A DNA stretch of 33,520 nucleotides from an uncultured Gemmatimonadales bacterium (GTDB taxonomy: Bacteria; Gemmatimonadota; Gemmatimonadetes; Gemmatimonadales; GWC2-71-9), in contig CAVOGR010000013.1 in NCBI GenBank assembly GCA_963695555.1, positions 1-33,520 on the forward strand, given 5' to 3'. The notes below the pieces were generated by a model. The model saw nothing but the letters and a program-made list of their open reading frames with translations. It ran no database searches and had not been told where the DNA came from. Shown in pieces: positions 18,434-27,789 of this stretch. Every line of letters begins with the position of its first letter. Position 1 is the stretch's first letter. A program made the translations under genes and the position numbers.

Positions 18434-19717
18434 ATGCCCATGGAACGCTTTGCGATCATCGACCCGGTTGCGGGCATCAGCGGCGACATGCTGCTGGGTT
18501 CGCTCGTTGCCGCCGGTGCGCCAGCCGGCTGGCTGACCGGGCTTCCGGGCCGGCTTGGCCTCACAGGCGTGTCGGTGGACCTGGTCGAGGTTGAGCGATG
18601 CGGCGTTTCGGCAACCAAGGCTACGGTTCGCCTTCCGGGTGGGCAGAGCGAGGAGCCGTCCGAGCGACGCGGCGCCGAGCCCCATCTGGTACGACCAGAG
18701 GCGTTGACGAGCCATCCGCATCGCCACGTGGGCGAGATCATCGATCTGGTTCGGCGGGCGCCGTTGTCCGACTGGGTGCGAGAGCGGGCCGTTCGAGCGT
18801 TCGAGTTGCTGGCCGAGGCAGAGGGCCGGGTACACGGTGTTCCAGCCGATCGCGTCGCGTTGCACGAAGTCGGGGCGGTGGACGCCATGGTAGATATTGT
18901 CGGCGGCATCGAAGGGTTCGAGCAGCTGGGCATATCTCGGATCCATGTGCGCCCGCTGGCGCTGGGAAGCGGATGGATCAATGCGTCGCACGGCGTCCTG
19001 CCGATCCCGGCACCGGCAACCGCGATCTTGATCGAGAGTCTCGAAGTCGGTCCTGACGGCCCCGTGGTTGGCGAGGCCACGACGCCGACCGGCGCGGTCC
19101 TGCTCCGAGTACTTTCGCAGGGGCGGCCGCCGTCGCGGTGGCGCGCGGTCGGGAGCGGCTGGGGTGCAGGAGGGCGCGATCCGGAGCACTATCCCAACGC
19201 GCTCCGGCTCATCGTGGCGGAGCCGGTTGCCGAGGCCGCCGAGGTGGTGACCCTCGCGACCGATGTGGATGACATGAGCCCGGAGTACCTAGAGCCGCTG
19301 CGAGAGGCACTGATCCAGGCGGGCGCGCTCGACGTCGAGCTCTGGACCACGCACATGAAGAAGGGCCGGGTGGGGTTCCGCATCGAGGTGCTGGCCGACG
19401 CAACGAATGCCGAGCGGCTGAGTGAGACGCTGTTCCGGCATAGTTCAACGGCCGGCATTCGCCTGACGCACGCCGAGCGGGTCACCCTCGCGCGGCGCGA
19501 GATCGAGGTCGAGGCGGGCGGGGGCCGGCGGGTGCGGGTGAAGGTGCTGGACGGTCCGGATGGACTGCGGGTGAAGCCGGAATACGACGATGTCATCGCG
19601 GTCGCGCACGCCCTCGGGCGGCCGGCCTTGGAGGTAGCGAGAGAGTTGCACGAACGGGCATTGAGCCTCGTCTCGTCAAGTCCGACCGACGGGCCCCGTG
19701 CCGAGAATAAGGAGTGA
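18434..19717 (+). CDS. larC: Nickel-pincer cofactor biosynthesis protein LarC
   Basis: GISGDMLLG, HPHRH, AEAEG.VHG, HEVGAVDAMVDI, HG.LP.PAPAT, TPTG, MKKGR, KPEYDD. Start is ATG 18434 or 18440. Confidence 0.9.
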   Translation: MPMERFAIIDPVAGISGDMLLGSLVAAGAPAGWLTGLPGRLGLTGVSVDLVEVERCGVSATKATVRLPGGQSEEPSERRGAEPHLVRPEALTSHPHRHVGEIIDLVRRAPLSDWVRERAVRAFELLAEAEGRVHGVPADRVALHEVGAVDAMVDIVGGIEGFEQLGISRIHVRPLALGSGWINASHGVLPIPAPATAILIESLEVGPDGPVVGEATTPTGAVLLRVLSQGRPPSRWRAVGSGWGAGGRDPEHYPNALRLIVAEPVAEAAEVVTLATDVDDMSPEYLEPLREALIQAGALDVELWTTHMKKGRVGFRIEVLADATNAERLSETLFRHSSTAGIRLTHAERVTLARREIEVEAGGGRRVRVKVLDGPDGLRVKPEYDDVIAVAHALGRPALEVARELHERALSLVSSSPTDGPRAENKE

Positions 19718-19719
19718 GC

Positions 19720-21153
19720 ATGCGGAAGTTGATCCTGGCAATTGGTTTTCTCGTCCTTGTCGGTACTGGTGCGGCACAGGCACAGGTCCTGAGCGATCGT
19801 GTGGCGAAGGCCATGCCGTCACGGTACCAGGCGCCCGACTGCAAGCTCAAGGGCGGGCACTTCATGGTTGGCAGTGGGGCCACGTACCTCAAATCCGGCA
19901 CTGAAACGTCGGTCGAGGGAAATCGGGTGCGTTTGTTCTCCGATGCCAAACGCGTCTTGACCGAAGCGATCACCGAGAAGGGCCAAGCCGAGAACGGCGC
20001 CGCCTGGTACTACCTCGGCCGGACGTATCTGATGGAGGGCGACGTGATGGGTGCGGATTCGGCCTTCACCAAGGCCGAAGGCTACGAGCCCGAGTGCGCG
20101 GAGGAGATCAAGAAACTGCGGCGGGTGGCGTGGGTCGCGCTGGTGCAACCGGCCACCCAGTTCCTCGAGAACGAGGCGACCGATTCGGCCGTCGCGTTGC
20201 TCAGGTTGGCGCAGACCATCTACCGCGATGAACCCAACGCGATGTATGTGCTCGGGATCTACCATTCGAACAAGCGGCAACTCGACAGCGCGATCGTCTA
20301 CTTCAAGCAGGCGGCGGACGTGTCGGCTAAGAACCCGGCCCTGACCGAGCAGCGCAACAAGTCGACCTTCAATATGGCGGTGCTGCTCAGTAATGCCGGC
20401 CGCTACCCGGAGGCGGTCGAGGCGTGGCGACAGTACAATGCCTGGGCGCCCGATGACGTGGACGGCAAGAAGGGGTTGGCCCAGGCCTTTCGCGGAGCCA
20501 ACATGCCCGACAGCGCCATGGCGATCGAAGCCGAGCTGGTGTCCGCGGCGGGTGCAGGCGGAGAGCTGGACGCCACTGCTTCGACCGGCGATCTCTTCAG
20601 TTTCGGCGTGAACGCGTTCAACGCGAAGGAGTACGACGCCGCCATCAAGGCCTTTTCGATCATCCGTGAGCGAGAGCCCAACAATCGCGACGCCGTGTTC
20701 AATTTGGCGAATTCCTACTATGCCAAACAGGACACGACCAACCTCATCGCGGCGGCACAGGAGCTCGTCCGCCTCGACCCGATGAACGAGTATGCACTCA
20801 AGCTCCTCGGCGAGGGATTCCGGCTGGCCAACAAGATGGATGAACTGGTCAGGATCGTGACCGAGATCGAGGCCTCGCCGTTCAATCTCGATGTCAAGAC
20901 GTTTACGCGGACGGAGGACGGTGCGACCCTCGTGGCCCAGGCCGTCGGTCGCGAGGCCAAGGACATCGAGGGGAGGCCGCTCAAGGTTACGCCAACGGTC
21001 CTCGCGGTCGAATTCTTGGCCGAGGGCGGCTCGGTGGTGTCCAGCGAAGAGGTGACCATTCCGCCGCTCAAGGCCGCAGCGGTGCATGACGTCACGGTGA
21101 AGGCGGCGGGGCCGGGAATCGTGGCCTGGCGGTACGCCAAGAAGGAGATGTAA
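19720..21153 (+). CDS. Secreted tetratricopeptide-repeat protein
   Basis: AAGGAG RBS, Sec signal (AQA), TPR-like repeats (AWYYLGRTY, DAVFNLANSYY), beta-rich C-terminus. Confidence 0.82.
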   Translation: MRKLILAIGFLVLVGTGAAQAQVLSDRVAKAMPSRYQAPDCKLKGGHFMVGSGATYLKSGTETSVEGNRVRLFSDAKRVLTEAITEKGQAENGAAWYYLGRTYLMEGDVMGADSAFTKAEGYEPECAEEIKKLRRVAWVALVQPATQFLENEATDSAVALLRLAQTIYRDEPNAMYVLGIYHSNKRQLDSAIVYFKQAADVSAKNPALTEQRNKSTFNMAVLLSNAGRYPEAVEAWRQYNAWAPDDVDGKKGLAQAFRGANMPDSAMAIEAELVSAAGAGGELDATASTGDLFSFGVNAFNAKEYDAAIKAFSIIREREPNNRDAVFNLANSYYAKQDTTNLIAAAQELVRLDPMNEYALKLLGEGFRLANKMDELVRIVTEIEASPFNLDVKTFTRTEDGATLVAQAVGREAKDIEGRPLKVTPTVLAVEFLAEGGSVVSSEEVTIPPLKAAAVHDVTVKAAGPGIVAWRYAKKEM

Positions 21154-21163
21154 CGAGAACGGC

Positions 21164-21193
21164 TTGACAGTGAACCGGCCGGAACCCCACATT
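21164..21193 (+). promoter_or_regulatory. Putative sigma70 promoter of tRNA-Gly
   Basis: Perfect TTGACA at 21164-21169 and CACATT at 21188-21193 (18-nt spacer), 10 nt before the tRNA. Confidence 0.55.
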
Positions 21194-21203
21194 CCGGCCA
21201 GTT

Positions 21204-21275
<72 letters not shown>

Positions 21276-21310
21276 CTCCGAGAGCAGTAAGCGCACAGAC
21301 GAATGACTGC

Positions 21311-21346
21311 GGGCGCGGGTCTCAGATCAATGGGACCTGCGCCTTT
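21311..21346. terminator. Hairpin terminator between the tRNA and the convergent membrane-protein gene
   Basis: gggcgcgggtctca-gatcaa-tgggacctgcgcct forms a 14-bp stem with G-U pairs, followed by a short T run. Confidence 0.65.
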
Positions 21347-21365
21347 GCTGTTGCCACCGCTCGTG

Positions 21366-22898
21366 TCACGGCTTTGGGTTGCGCTCCGGGTGGACGTAGA
21401 CCTGGTAGCCGGCCACCTGTCCCGCCCGGATCATGGTGGCCTGGACGAAGTCGACGATCGGCTTCGGCTCGAGCTCGTGGCTGCCGGGTAAGAGGAACAC
21501 CGCCGCGGTTTCGTCCGCGCCGAGGTGCTCGATAACCTGGTCCATCCCGTGGGCACCGAAGTTGCCCAACATGGGAACATCGAACCGGTCCGCAAAGCGG
21601 TCGGATGGGATCAAGAAGAGTGCTGCGGAATGCTCGATGAAATACACCCGCCGGCCTTCCGCCTCGAGCCTCCGTATCGCGTCCCCCACTTGTGAGATCA
21701 TGCCGTCGAGGCCGGGGTCGATCGGGATGCCGGCGTAATGCGTCAGGGACGACAGCCGGACGTCGCCCTGCCTGAGTGCGGCAAGGTGCTGCTCGACCCG
21801 CACCACCGGAGCGAAGAAGAAGAGCAGGAGGGGGAAGGCAACCACCAGGTCCGCCCAGCGCCATCTGAGCGCTGCCATCCGCTCACTGACCCAGAGGCTC
21901 GGACCGATCACCGCCAACGGCGCGACGACCAGCATGTGCGCCAGATCCGCGCGGGGGTATGCGATGCTGAGGCTTGCGAGAGCGTAGATGAAGAGCAGGA
22001 ACGGCACGGCGTGTCCGGGGTCGCGGTTCCACCGCCAGATAGCCCAGCCGAGTGAGAAGAGCAGGCACGCGGGCACCAGGAGGGCTAGGAAGGTGCTCCC
22101 GGGCAGGCGCATCAACGTGGAGTAGGGCACCCCGGCTTCCCCTCGGAACGTGAGGGCCTCGGCGATGGTGTACTTGAGAAATGGGCCGAGGGCCTCCGAG
22201 CGCCACAAGTACCCGAGCTCAACCGCCACGACCGCGAACCACCCAAGGAGTTTGAGACCGGCGCGACCGATATCGGGCCTGGCACGGTAGTCCTTCGGTC
22301 CGGCCGTTACTGTGAACGCGATCGACGCCACCAACCCCGCCAGCCCAACATGCTGCTTCGAGAGCGTGGCGAGGCCCAGCATGCAGCCGGTGAGAATGGC
22401 CAGCCCTCCGAGCCGTGCCCGGGAGCCGGCGGCCCCCCGTGCTCTATCTAACAGGGCGATGTCGGTCAGCAATGCGGCAGAGAGAAACGCAAATGCGAAC
22501 CAGGTGTAGCTGTTGGGCGGTGAAATGAACTCGGCCCAGAGGAAGGCGGCGAGGGGAAACAGGCAGAGCGCCCGGGACACCCCGACCTTTCGGCACGCCA
22601 CATAGATGGCGATGGCCGTGCCCAGGGACACGAGAACGGCAACGCACCGGAGCACCAGCAGCTGGTCTGAGACGAGCGCCAGGGCGGCCGCGTTGACCTG
22701 CATGGCGAACGGGAAGACGATGAGGTAGAAGTCGCGGTACGGCGTATACCCGTGCGCGATGCGGCGCGAGAGCTGATAGACCCAGATCTCGTCCAGGTTG
22801 AACAGCGGTGTCGCGAGGATCCCGGACGCGAGGAGCGCCCCCAGGACGAGACCCACGATCATCAACTCCGACGGCCGGACCCTCACCGGTGTCGCCAT
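21366..22898 (-). CDS. Polytopic membrane protein, GT-C-like glycosyltransferase (ArnT/PMT-like)
   Basis: DE motif after TM1 (NLDEIW), G..PYRDF, many TM segments, KQ..G motif, extracytoplasmic C-terminal domain. Confidence 0.7.
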   Translation of the reverse strand: MATPVRVRPSELMIVGLVLGALLASGILATPLFNLDEIWVYQLSRRIAHGYTPYRDFYLIVFPFAMQVNAAALALVSDQLLVLRCVAVLVSLGTAIAIYVACRKVGVSRALCLFPLAAFLWAEFISPPNSYTWFAFAFLSAALLTDIALLDRARGAAGSRARLGGLAILTGCMLGLATLSKQHVGLAGLVASIAFTVTAGPKDYRARPDIGRAGLKLLGWFAVVAVELGYLWRSEALGPFLKYTIAEALTFRGEAGVPYSTLMRLPGSTFLALLVPACLLFSLGWAIWRWNRDPGHAVPFLLFIYALASLSIAYPRADLAHMLVVAPLAVIGPSLWVSERMAALRWRWADLVVAFPLLLFFFAPVVRVEQHLAALRQGDVRLSSLTHYAGIPIDPGLDGMISQVGDAIRRLEAEGRRVYFIEHSAALFLIPSDRFADRFDVPMLGNFGAHGMDQVIEHLGADETAAVFLLPGSHELEPKPIVDFVQATMIRAGQVAGYQVYVHPERNPKP

Positions 22899-23054
22899 CC
22901 GGTCACCCTCTCGTCATTCGCATCGGTCAGGCAATGTAACGACCAGACGAGGCACGGCCATCGGGAAAGAAGTGGAACGATTCATTACAGGTAGTAACCG
23001 GGCGTTCCACCTCCCAAGAGCTTTACAAGATGCGTTGGGCTCTAAGTGACGATA

Positions 23055-23098
23055 TATCAACACACTAGATCTCAGGTGTGAGAGGCACATGTATTGCT
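23055..23098 (+). promoter_or_regulatory. Sigma54 (-24/-12) promoter with upstream IHF-like site
   Basis: AGGCACATGTATTGCT has GG at 23084-23085 and GC at 23096-23097 (GG-N10-GC). TATCAAcacaCTA at 23055-23067 is one mismatch from WATCAANNNNTTR. Confidence 0.65.
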
Positions 23099-23149
23099 TT
23101 ACAACGGAGCGTGTACAGCCTGTTACTCGGATCCTATGGAGACCCCGAC

Positions 23150-23923
23150 ATGATCGAGAACGCCTATTCCCGGTTGGCCCTTCTGGCCCTCATGGCCGGC
23201 CTGACCGCCTGCAGCAGCGAGCCGAATTCGAACCCGGTGGTGACGTTGAGCCTGGCGACCAAGGCGGCGAGCCCTGCGGTGGCCGCGGTGGCCCGGCCCT
23301 CGTTCGAGGTCTATACCCTGGGCGGGACCACCATCGACTTCACGTCCATTCAGGTGGCATTCAGCGAGATCGAGCTCGAGCGCGCCGGCTCGAGCGTCGA
23401 GTGCGACGTCGCCACCATCGACGACGACGACTGCGAGGAGATCGAGCTGTCGCCCCGGATCCTGGACCTTCCGCTCGGCCCCGGCGCCAGCCGGACGATC
23501 AGCGTGGCCGTGGCCCCCGGCACCTACGACGAGATCGAGTTCCGGGTGGAGAAGCTCGGTGACGAGTCCGACGAGGACGCCCTGGTCGCCGCGAACCCGG
23601 CGATGGACGGGGTCAGCATCCGGATCGTGGGCACCTACGACGACGGCAGCGGTCCCGTCGCGTTCGTGTTCACCACCGATCTTGATGTGGAGCAAGAGAT
23701 CGAGTTGGCCACACCGCTCACCGTCGATGCCACCGGCGCCGGCGACCTGACGCTCTACGTCGACATCGGCACCTGGTTCCTGAACCAGGCGGGCACCGCC
23801 TACGTCGATCCGGCCCAGGCCAATAAGGGCGGGCAGTTCGAGAGCGAGGTCAAGAACAACATTCAGCAGTCCTTCGACGCGTTCGAGGACGACGATCACG
23901 ACGGGCACAGCGACGACAGCTGA
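23150..23923 (+). CDS. Acidic lipoprotein of unknown function
   Basis: GGAG RBS then ATG 23150. Lipobox LTA-C. Beta-rich and Asp/Glu-rich. Cys pair in ECDVATIDDDDCEE. C-terminal DDDHDGHSDDS. Confidence 0.8.
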   Translation: MIENAYSRLALLALMAGLTACSSEPNSNPVVTLSLATKAASPAVAAVARPSFEVYTLGGTTIDFTSIQVAFSEIELERAGSSVECDVATIDDDDCEEIELSPRILDLPLGPGASRTISVAVAPGTYDEIEFRVEKLGDESDEDALVAANPAMDGVSIRIVGTYDDGSGPVAFVFTTDLDVEQEIELATPLTVDATGAGDLTLYVDIGTWFLNQAGTAYVDPAQANKGGQFESEVKNNIQQSFDAFEDDDHDGHSDDS

Positions 23924-23954
23924 CCGCCGCGAGCCTGAACACCACCTTAGGGGC

Positions 23955-23986
23955 CGACGCCCTCTTCCCACCGGGAGGGGGCGTCG
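23955..23986. terminator. GC-rich hairpin between convergent genes
   Basis: cgacgccctcttcc-cacc-gggagggggcgtcg forms a 14-bp stem with two G-U pairs. Confidence 0.6.
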
Positions 23987-24027
23987 TCGTAGGTCCCTGA
24001 CTCCGCAGCCGCCTTCGACCGTGCCAA

Positions 24028-24536
24028 TTACGCTCGTGCTTCCTTCGTTCGCCCCAACAACCGCGCATTGATTGCCACAATGACCGTAGAGAGCGACATG
24101 AGGACCGCACCCATCGCCGGTGAGAGGAGAACCCCGGCCCGATACAGCACGCCGGCTGCCAACGGGATCGCCACGACGTTGTAGCCGGTCGCCCACCAGA
24201 GATTCTGGACCATCTTGCCGTAGGTGGCGCGGGCCAGTGTGACGATGGCGAGGACGTCGCGCGGGTCGGAACGCACCAACACGATGTCGGCCGACTCGAT
24301 TGCGACGTCGGTTCCCGCCCCGATGGCAATGCCCACACCACCGAGGCCAGGACGAACTGCGCCAGACCTTGCCCCGGAAAGGCGAGCAGCTCCTGCAGGC
24401 CGAGCACGCTCTGGATGGCGGGGGCCAGGGCCAGCACCGGAACGGTCAGGACGAGGGTGATCCAGAGCCGGCGCCGGAAGTCGGCGACCATGTGGGCGTG
24501 GTGCGATTGATGACCGCCGTGATGTTCAGGCATCAT
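24028..24536 (-). pseudogene. Copper-translocating P1B-type ATPase (CopB-like) remnant with large internal deletion
   Basis: His-rich N-terminus plus TM1-TM2 ([14 protein letters not shown]...) is joined out of frame at about 24336 to the C-terminal [20 protein letters not shown]...[10 protein letters not shown]...MSLST. The A, P and N domains (DKTGT) are missing. Confidence 0.88.
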
Positions 24537-24627
24537 GCCTCCGCTCGGTTGAGGGCCGCAGTGCCCTCGACACTGGTCCGGTTCGTGATGTCGCGGGTTT
24601 CAACAATGTCTTCCATTGTGCCCACTC

Positions 24628-27600
24628 CTATTCCGCCGGCGTCAGAGCCAGGTCATCGTGCAACGCCCCCTTCACCAGGTTCTCCGGCTTGCGGGCAACC
24701 TGCCACCCGCGCCAGAGCAAGTAGATCGCCGGGATTACGACCAGCGTAAGCACGGTGGACGTCACCATCCCGCCCACCATCGGTGCGGCAATCCGCTTCA
24801 TGACGTCGGCTCCCGTGCCGTGGCTCCACATGATCGGCGCCAAGCCGGCGATGATCGCGATCACGGTCATGATCTTGGGCCGCAGGCGATCCACGGCCCC
24901 TTCCCGCACTGCGGCCGCGACGTCGAGTCGCGACCGCATCTGGCCTGCCGAGCTCCGACGATGAAACGCCTCGTCGAGATAGATCAACATGATCACACCG
25001 GTCTCGGCGGCCACACCGGCCAGCGCGATGAACCCGACCCACACCGCGACACTGGTGTTGTATCCCAGGAGCCACAGGAACCAGATACCGCCCACCAAGG
25101 AGAAGGGAAGCGCGAGCATGACGATCAACGACTCCGCCACGCCTCGGAAGTTGAGGTACAACAGGAGGAAGATGATCCCGAGTGTCACCGGAACCACGAT
25201 CTTCATCTTTTCGACCACCCGCTGCATGAACTCGTATTGGCCGCTCCAGAGGAGCGTGTAGCCCGTCGGCAGCGTCAGCTCTCGGGCCACCACTGCCTGC
25301 GCCTCGCGGACGTAGCCGCCCACGTCGCGCTCGCCGATGTCCACGAAGACCGTCGTGACCGGGAACGCATTCTCGGTCTTCACCGCCATCGGACCTTGGA
25401 CCACCTTCACGGTCGCCACTTGCCCCAGTGGGATCTGGGCACCTCCCATGGCGGGAATGACCACTCCCTTCAGTTTCTGGACATTGTCGCGCAGTTCGCG
25501 CGGATACCGGACGTTGACGGTGTAACGCTCCCGTCCTTCCACCGTGTAGGCCGCGTCGATCCCTCCCACCGTGGCCATGATCCCGTCGTGAATGTCGCCC
25601 ACGTTCAAGCCATAGCGCGCCGCCTCGGTCCGGTCGATATCGATATCGACGTAATACCCCGACACCCCCCGCTCGGCGAAGGCGCTCCGCGTACCCGGCA
25701 CCGCCTGAACCATCCGCTCCACCTGCTCGCCCAGCATCTGGAGCGTGTCCAGATTCGGCCCGAAGATCTTGATGCCGACCGGTGTCCGCACACCCGTGGC
25801 CAGCATGTCGATCCGGCCCTTGATGGGCATGGTCCAGGCGTTGGTGACGCCGGGCATCCGGACGGCCTGATCCATCTCGCCGATCAGACGTTCGTAGGTC
25901 ATGCCGGGGCGCCACTCGTGCTCGGGTCGCAGGGTGATGGTGGTCTCCGTCATATCGAGCGGGGCAGGGTCGGTCGCCGTCGAGGCCCGGCCCACCTTGC
26001 CCAACACGACGGCGACCTCCGGAAACGACGCCAGCACACTGTCCTGGTGGCGCATGATTTCCCGCGCCTGCGCGATGGAGACGCCCGGCACGGTGGTCGG
26101 CATGAACAAGATCGACCCCTCGTGGAGCGGGGGCATGAACTCGCTGCCCAGCCCGCGCCAGGGCACGACGGTCACCCCAAGGGCCACGGCCGCGCCCGCG
26201 ATCACCATCCACGGCCGGCGCACCACGAACTCGATGACCGGGCGGTAGACCCACCGAAGCCATCGATTGATCGGGTTCTTGGATTCGGGCCGGATCTTTC
26301 CAGTGATGAGATATCCCATGAGCACCGGCACCAGGGTGATCGACAGCAGCGCCGCCCCCGCCATGGCAAAGGTCTTGGTGAAGGCGAGCGGCTTGAACAG
26401 CCGACCCTCCTGCTGCTCCAGGACGAAGACCGGCAGAAAGCTGAACGTGATGATCAAGAGCGAGAAGAACAGCGGAGGGCCCACTTGCTTGGCGCTCGCG
26501 AGCACCAATTCCCAGTGGGGAATCCGCCCCTCGGCCCGCTCGATATGTTTGTGCATGTTCTCGATCATCACGATCGCGCCGTCGACCATGGCCCCGATGG
26601 CAATGGCGATGCCGCCCAAGCTCATGATGTTGGCGCTGACACCAATGGCCCGCATCACGATGAACGAGATCATGATGCCGAGCGGAAGGGTGATGATCGC
26701 GACGAGCGCGGAGCGGGCGTGGAGCAGAAACAGGACGGCAACAGCCGCCACGATGATCGACTCCTCCAGCAGTTTGTCCCGCAGGGTCGCGATGGCGTGA
26801 TGGATCAGGTCGCTCCGGTCGTAGGCCGTGCGGAGGCGCACTCCTCTAGGGAGTCCCTTTTCCACCTCGGCCAAGCGCCGCTTGACCGCTTCGATAGTCT
26901 TGAGCGCGTCGGATCCGAAGCGCATCACCACGATCCCGGCCACGACCTCTCCCTGGCCATTGAGATCGGCCGCCCCACGCCGCGGCGCCGGCCCCAGCTG
27001 GACGGAGGCGACATCGGCCACGCGAATGGGGGTTCCGTTTGGCGTGGCGCCGACGGTGACATTCTCGATGTCTTCGATGCCCTCGAGATAGCCCAGGCCG
27101 CGGATCATGTACTCGCGTCCGCCCATCTCCAGGACGCGAGCTCCGATGTCGATATTGTGCGCCCCGATCGCCTGGGTGACCCGGGTCACCGGAATATTGA
27201 ACGCGCGAAGACGTTCGGGCTGGACCTCCACCTGGTACTGCCGGACGAACCCGCCGAGGCTCGCGACCTCCGAGACGCCGGGCACCGCGGTGAGCTGGTA
27301 GCGGATGTACCAATCCTGGAGGGTTCTGAGCTCGGCCAAATCCAGGCTGTCCGATTCGAGCACATACTCGAACACCCAGCCGACCCCGGTGGCATCAGGC
27401 CCGAGCGAGGGCTCGACGCCGACCGGGAGCTGCTTCCGGATCCCGTTCAGGTACTCGAGGACCCGCGAGCGCGCCCAGTAGATGTCGGTACCGTCCTCGA
27501 AGATGACGTAGACCAGGCTCAAGCCGAAGAACGAATACCCGCGGACCACACGTGCACCCGGTACCTTCAGCATCTCCGTCGTGACCGGATAGGTGATCTG

Positions 27601-27789
27601 GTCCTCGACGATCTGCGGCGCCTGGTCTTCGAAGTCGGTTTGGATGATGACCTGGACGTCGGACAGGTCGGGAATCGCGTCCAATGGCGTGGTGCGGATG
27701 GCCCAGATGCCGGCGCCCACGACGGCGACCGTGGCCAGGAGCACGAGGCCACGATTGCGGAGCGACCACGCGATGATCGCATTAATCAT
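24628..27789 (-). CDS. cusA: CusA/SilA-type heavy-metal efflux RND permease
   Basis: ATG 27789 (MINAII...). LDAIPDLSDVQV, YWARSRVLEYL, LGPDATGVGW, NIMSLGGIAIAIG. Met-bearing motifs (FMPTT, PLDM.ET, WTMPIKGRIDML) as in Cu(I)/Ag(I) exporters. Confidence 0.95.
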   Translation of the reverse strand: MINAIIAWSLRNRGLVLLATVAVVGAGIWAIRTTPLDAIPDLSDVQVIIQTDFEDQAPQIVEDQITYPVTTEMLKVPGARVVRGYSFFGLSLVYVIFEDGTDIYWARSRVLEYLNGIRKQLPVGVEPSLGPDATGVGWVFEYVLESDSLDLAELRTLQDWYIRYQLTAVPGVSEVASLGGFVRQYQVEVQPERLRAFNIPVTRVTQAIGAHNIDIGARVLEMGGREYMIRGLGYLEGIEDIENVTVGATPNGTPIRVADVASVQLGPAPRRGAADLNGQGEVVAGIVVMRFGSDALKTIEAVKRRLAEVEKGLPRGVRLRTAYDRSDLIHHAIATLRDKLLEESIIVAAVAVLFLLHARSALVAIITLPLGIMISFIVMRAIGVSANIMSLGGIAIAIGAMVDGAIVMIENMHKHIERAEGRIPHWELVLASAKQVGPPLFFSLLIITFSFLPVFVLEQQEGRLFKPLAFTKTFAMAGAALLSITLVPVLMGYLITGKIRPESKNPINRWLRWVYRPVIEFVVRRPWMVIAGAAVALGVTVVPWRGLGSEFMPPLHEGSILFMPTTVPGVSIAQAREIMRHQDSVLASFPEVAVVLGKVGRASTATDPAPLDMTETTITLRPEHEWRPGMTYERLIGEMDQAVRMPGVTNAWTMPIKGRIDMLATGVRTPVGIKIFGPNLDTLQMLGEQVERMVQAVPGTRSAFAERGVSGYYVDIDIDRTEAARYGLNVGDIHDGIMATVGGIDAAYTVEGRERYTVNVRYPRELRDNVQKLKGVVIPAMGGAQIPLGQVATVKVVQGPMAVKTENAFPVTTVFVDIGERDVGGYVREAQAVVARELTLPTGYTLLWSGQYEFMQRVVEKMKIVVPVTLGIIFLLLYLNFRGVAESLIVMLALPFSLVGGIWFLWLLGYNTSVAVWVGFIALAGVAAETGVIMLIYLDEAFHRRSSAGQMRSRLDVAAAVREGAVDRLRPKIMTVIAIIAGLAPIMWSHGTGADVMKRIAAPMVGGMVTSTVLTLVVIPAIYLLWRGWQVARKPENLVKGALHDDLALTPAE

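Noticed and set aside
24185..24194. ccggtcgccc matches part of the tRNA-Gly 3' end (possible attR)
   Set aside because: Only 10 bp, GC-rich, and inside the ATPase coding remnant. Expected by chance.
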